64,000 nt of DNA from Pontiella sp. (GTDB taxonomy: Bacteria > Verrucomicrobiota > Kiritimatiellia > Kiritimatiellales > Pontiellaceae): assembly GCA_050290185.1 (NCBI GenBank), contig JBNKHE010000001.1:546713-610712 (forward strand), written 5' to 3'. Positions 61,710 to 64,000 of this stretch are shown piece by piece. The notes below the pieces were generated by a model, which ran no database searches, was not told the DNA's origin, and saw only the letters and a list, made by a program, of their open reading frames with translations. Each line of letters opens with the position of its first letter. The first letter of the stretch is position 1. A program made the translations under genes and the position numbers.

Positions 61710-62723
61710 ATGATGATTAAGGATGTGATCGCGAAACTCGTTGCCCGCGAAACCCTGTCGCGCGGGGAAGCTGCCGCTGCCATGGCCGATATTATGGCGG
61801 GAGAAGCCAGCGATGCCCAGATCGGCGCATTCATCATGGGACTGCGCCAGACAGGCGAAACACCGGAGGTCATCGCGGGCTGCGCGGAAACGATGCGGGC
61901 CAATATGACGAAGGTGAAGTGTGAGGATCCCAACGCGGTCGATATCGTCGGAACGGGAGGCGACGGCGCGCACACCTTCAATATTTCCACCACGGCGGCT
62001 TTCGTGATTGCCGGCGCCGGCGTGACTGTCGCCAAACACGGTTCCTATGGCGTATCGAGCAAATGCGGCGCGGCCAATGTGCTTTCCGAGCTGGGCGTGA
62101 ATATTCAATATACGCCGCAACAGATGGAAAAATGCCTGGCTGAAACCGGCATCGCCTTCCTGTTTGCACCCGGCCTGCATCCGGCCATGAAGCATGTCGT
62201 CGGTCCGCGCCGCGAACTGGGCATCTGGAGCATCTTCAACATTCTCGGCCCGCTGTGCAATCCGGCCGGCGTAAAGAATGGCATCATGGGCGTTTTCAAA
62301 CCCGAACTCGTACCGATCGTTTCCGACGCCTGCGCCCAGCTGGGCATGCACCACCAGTTTATCGTACACGGCAACGACGGTCTCGACGAATTGACCACGA
62401 CCACCACCACGATGGTCACCGAGATCCGGCGAGGAAAAGTGGAGAGTTACGAGGTCCAGCCTTCGGGCCTAGGCCTCCAAACCGCCAAACCTGCGGATCT
62501 CACCGGCGGGGAGCCGGCCGAAAATGCCAAAACCACGCTTGCCCTGCTGAAGGGCGAAAAGGGACCAAAACGGGATATCGTCCTGCTTAACGCCGCCTTT
62601 GCCATCATGGCCAGCGGCAAGGTCGACAATCCCCAGGCAGGCATCGCCATGGCCATCGAATCGATCGAATCCGGCGCGGCACTGGCCAAACTCGAAGCCC
62701 TCACAAAGATGTCGCAGGAGTAA
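61710..62723 (+). CDS. trpD: Anthranilate phosphoribosyltransferase
   Basis: 'DIVGTGGDG..TFNIST', 'KHG...SSKCG', 'FNILGPL.NP', 'DGLDE'. Confidence 0.97.
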   Translation: MMIKDVIAKLVARETLSRGEAAAAMADIMAGEASDAQIGAFIMGLRQTGETPEVIAGCAETMRANMTKVKCEDPNAVDIVGTGGDGAHTFNISTTAAFVIAGAGVTVAKHGSYGVSSKCGAANVLSELGVNIQYTPQQMEKCLAETGIAFLFAPGLHPAMKHVVGPRRELGIWSIFNILGPLCNPAGVKNGIMGVFKPELVPIVSDACAQLGMHHQFIVHGNDGLDELTTTTTTMVTEIRRGKVESYEVQPSGLGLQTAKPADLTGGEPAENAKTTLALLKGEKGPKRDIVLLNAAFAIMASGKVDNPQAGIAMAIESIESGAALAKLEALTKMSQE

Positions 62724-62724
62724 G

Positions 62725-62800
62725 CAAACCTCGGAATACACAAACCCAAGATGCGAATTACCCGCAGTCTTTTCGTGTGGTTCGTGTATTTCGTGGTTTG
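62725..62800. repeat. Palindromic dispersed repeat (AACCACGAAATACACGA family), copy 2
   Basis: 22-bp imperfect inverted repeat CAAACCTCGGAATACACAAACC / GGTTCGTGTATTTCGTGGTTTG between convergent trpD and obgE. Confidence 0.75.
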
Positions 62801-62806
62801 TAGAAA

Positions 62807-63832
62807 CTACTCCTCGAACTGATCCGGCCGGGTCGTTTCGAAAAAGTGCTTGTAGAGGAATTCCTTGACGGGTTCGAGTCCTTCGCCCAGCTCGGCGGAA
62901 ATGGGATAGACGACTTCCTGCGTGCGCTCCTTGAACTCCTGCAGGAATTTGTCGGCGCCGGGCGTATCCATCTTATTCGCCACCACGAGATAGGGTGTGC
63001 ATGACAGTGTTTCCATATGCAGCCGAAGCTCTTCTTTCAGATGCAGGAAATCATCGGTGGGATTCCGGTCGTCAGTACCGGCCATATCCAGAACGAAAAG
63101 GATGAATTTGGAGCGCTCGATATGGCGCAGAAACTGGTGACCAAGTCCCACCCCTTCATGGGCTCCGTCAATGAGGCCCGGAATATCGGCGATACGCAGC
63201 CGGCTGAAGTTGGGATATTCCATCGTACCAATGATGGGATTGATGGTCGTAAAAGGATAAGGCGCAATTTTAGGATGCGCATGGGTCAGATGGCTAAGCA
63301 GAGTCGATTTACCGGCATTGGGATAGCCAACCAGCCCGACATCGGCCATTAGCTTGAGTTCGAGCCACAGGACTCTTTCCTCGCCTTGCGTCCCTTCGGT
63401 AAACTGTCGCGGTGCCTGGTTGGTGGAAGTCTTGAAATGGATGTTTCCAATTCCGCCGCGGCCGCCTTTGGCCACCACCAGCTCCTCACCGGGCTGGAGC
63501 AGCTCGCCCAGAAACTCATCGGTTTCCGCATCGGATATCACCGTGCCGGGAGCAACCTTGACGATGCAATCGTCGCTATTGCGTCCATGGCAGTTTGACC
63601 CCATGCCGTGCTGCGCATGTTTGGCGCGCTGGTGCGGCTGATAGTACAGCGGCAACAACGAATCTTCGTTATCATCGCAGCGAAGGATAACCGAACCGCC
63701 GTGGCCGCCGTCTCCACCATCGGGACCGCCCTTGGGAATGTACTTTTCGCGGCGAAACGAGACGCAGCCGTTGCCGCCGTTGCCAGCACGGACATATAGT
63801 TTGACGCGATCCTTGAATACGACGTGTTTCAT
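62807..63832 (-). CDS. obgE: GTPase Obg/CgtA
   Basis: 'SFRREKYIPKGGPDGGDGG', GYPNAGKS, DIPG, NKMD. Confidence 0.98.
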   Translation of the reverse strand: MKHVVFKDRVKLYVRAGNGGNGCVSFRREKYIPKGGPDGGDGGHGGSVILRCDDNEDSLLPLYYQPHQRAKHAQHGMGSNCHGRNSDDCIVKVAPGTVISDAETDEFLGELLQPGEELVVAKGGRGGIGNIHFKTSTNQAPRQFTEGTQGEERVLWLELKLMADVGLVGYPNAGKSTLLSHLTHAHPKIAPYPFTTINPIIGTMEYPNFSRLRIADIPGLIDGAHEGVGLGHQFLRHIERSKFILFVLDMAGTDDRNPTDDFLHLKEELRLHMETLSCTPYLVVANKMDTPGADKFLQEFKERTQEVVYPISAELGEGLEPVKEFLYKHFFETTRPDQFEE

Positions 63833-63888
63833 GGGAGGCAGTGTTAGGGTTTACGAGTTAAGTTTCAAGCATGCCGAATCGGCAAAAG

Positions 63889-63921
63889 AAAAGGCGCTCC
63901 GCTTTAGCGTGAGCGCCTTTT
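63889..63921 (-). terminator. Hairpin/terminator between rpmA and obgE
   Basis: AAAAGGCGCTC...GAGCGCCTTTT. Confidence 0.7.
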
Positions 63922-63942
63922 GCATTCCTGACTGAGCCTGGA

Positions 63943-64000
63943 CTAGGCAGCAACCTCATCGCGAATGTGCACTTTGCGCTGGCGCTTGTCGAATTCGACG
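63943..64000 (-). CDS. rpmA: 3' end of probable 50S ribosomal protein L27
   Basis: Reads ..VEFDKRQRKVHIRDEVAA*; assigned mainly from the conserved rpmA-obgE synteny. Confidence 0.6.
   Translation of the reverse strand, partial: VEFDKRQRKVHIRDEVAA

Overview
A bacterial chromosome segment, probably from the PVC superphylum and Kiritimatiellota/Pontiella-like. This is an inference from the PEP-CTERM protein, the 'VYSANIVGY' secreted protein, the SHD1-domain paralogues and the atypical EF-Tu switch I. Housekeeping blocks are pstCAB-phoU; rph; rpmH-rnpA-yidD-yidC; rpoN; tRNA-Thr-tuf-rpmG-tRNA-Trp-secE-nusG-rplKAJL-rpoBC; thrC; cysE; rpmI-rplT; trpD; obgE; and the 3' end of rpmA. Three accessory regions lie between them. 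(1) About 10.9-24.6 kb: an autotransporter, a PEP-CTERM protein, a repeat protein, pseudogenes, and an arylsulfotransferase-ChrA-sulfotransferase trio between IS30 and IS5 remnants. (2) About 37.6-48.4 kb: hypC-hypD and hypE separated by a GH35 beta-galactosidase and a membrane protein, divergent from an ArsR plus CoA-disulfide reductase/rhodanese/TusA/DsrE fusion and two OsmC-like genes. (3) About 51.7-60.9 kb: a type III PKS operon (YceI, PKS, MMPL, an MddA/ICMT-like methyltransferase fused to an FAD monooxygenase, a UbiE-like methyltransferase, another methyltransferase) with a divergent two-component system. Region 3 is the best candidate for an undescribed system, possibly making methylated alkyl(hydro)quinone or phenolic lipids. 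All family assignments come from motif recognition by eye; no database searches were run.
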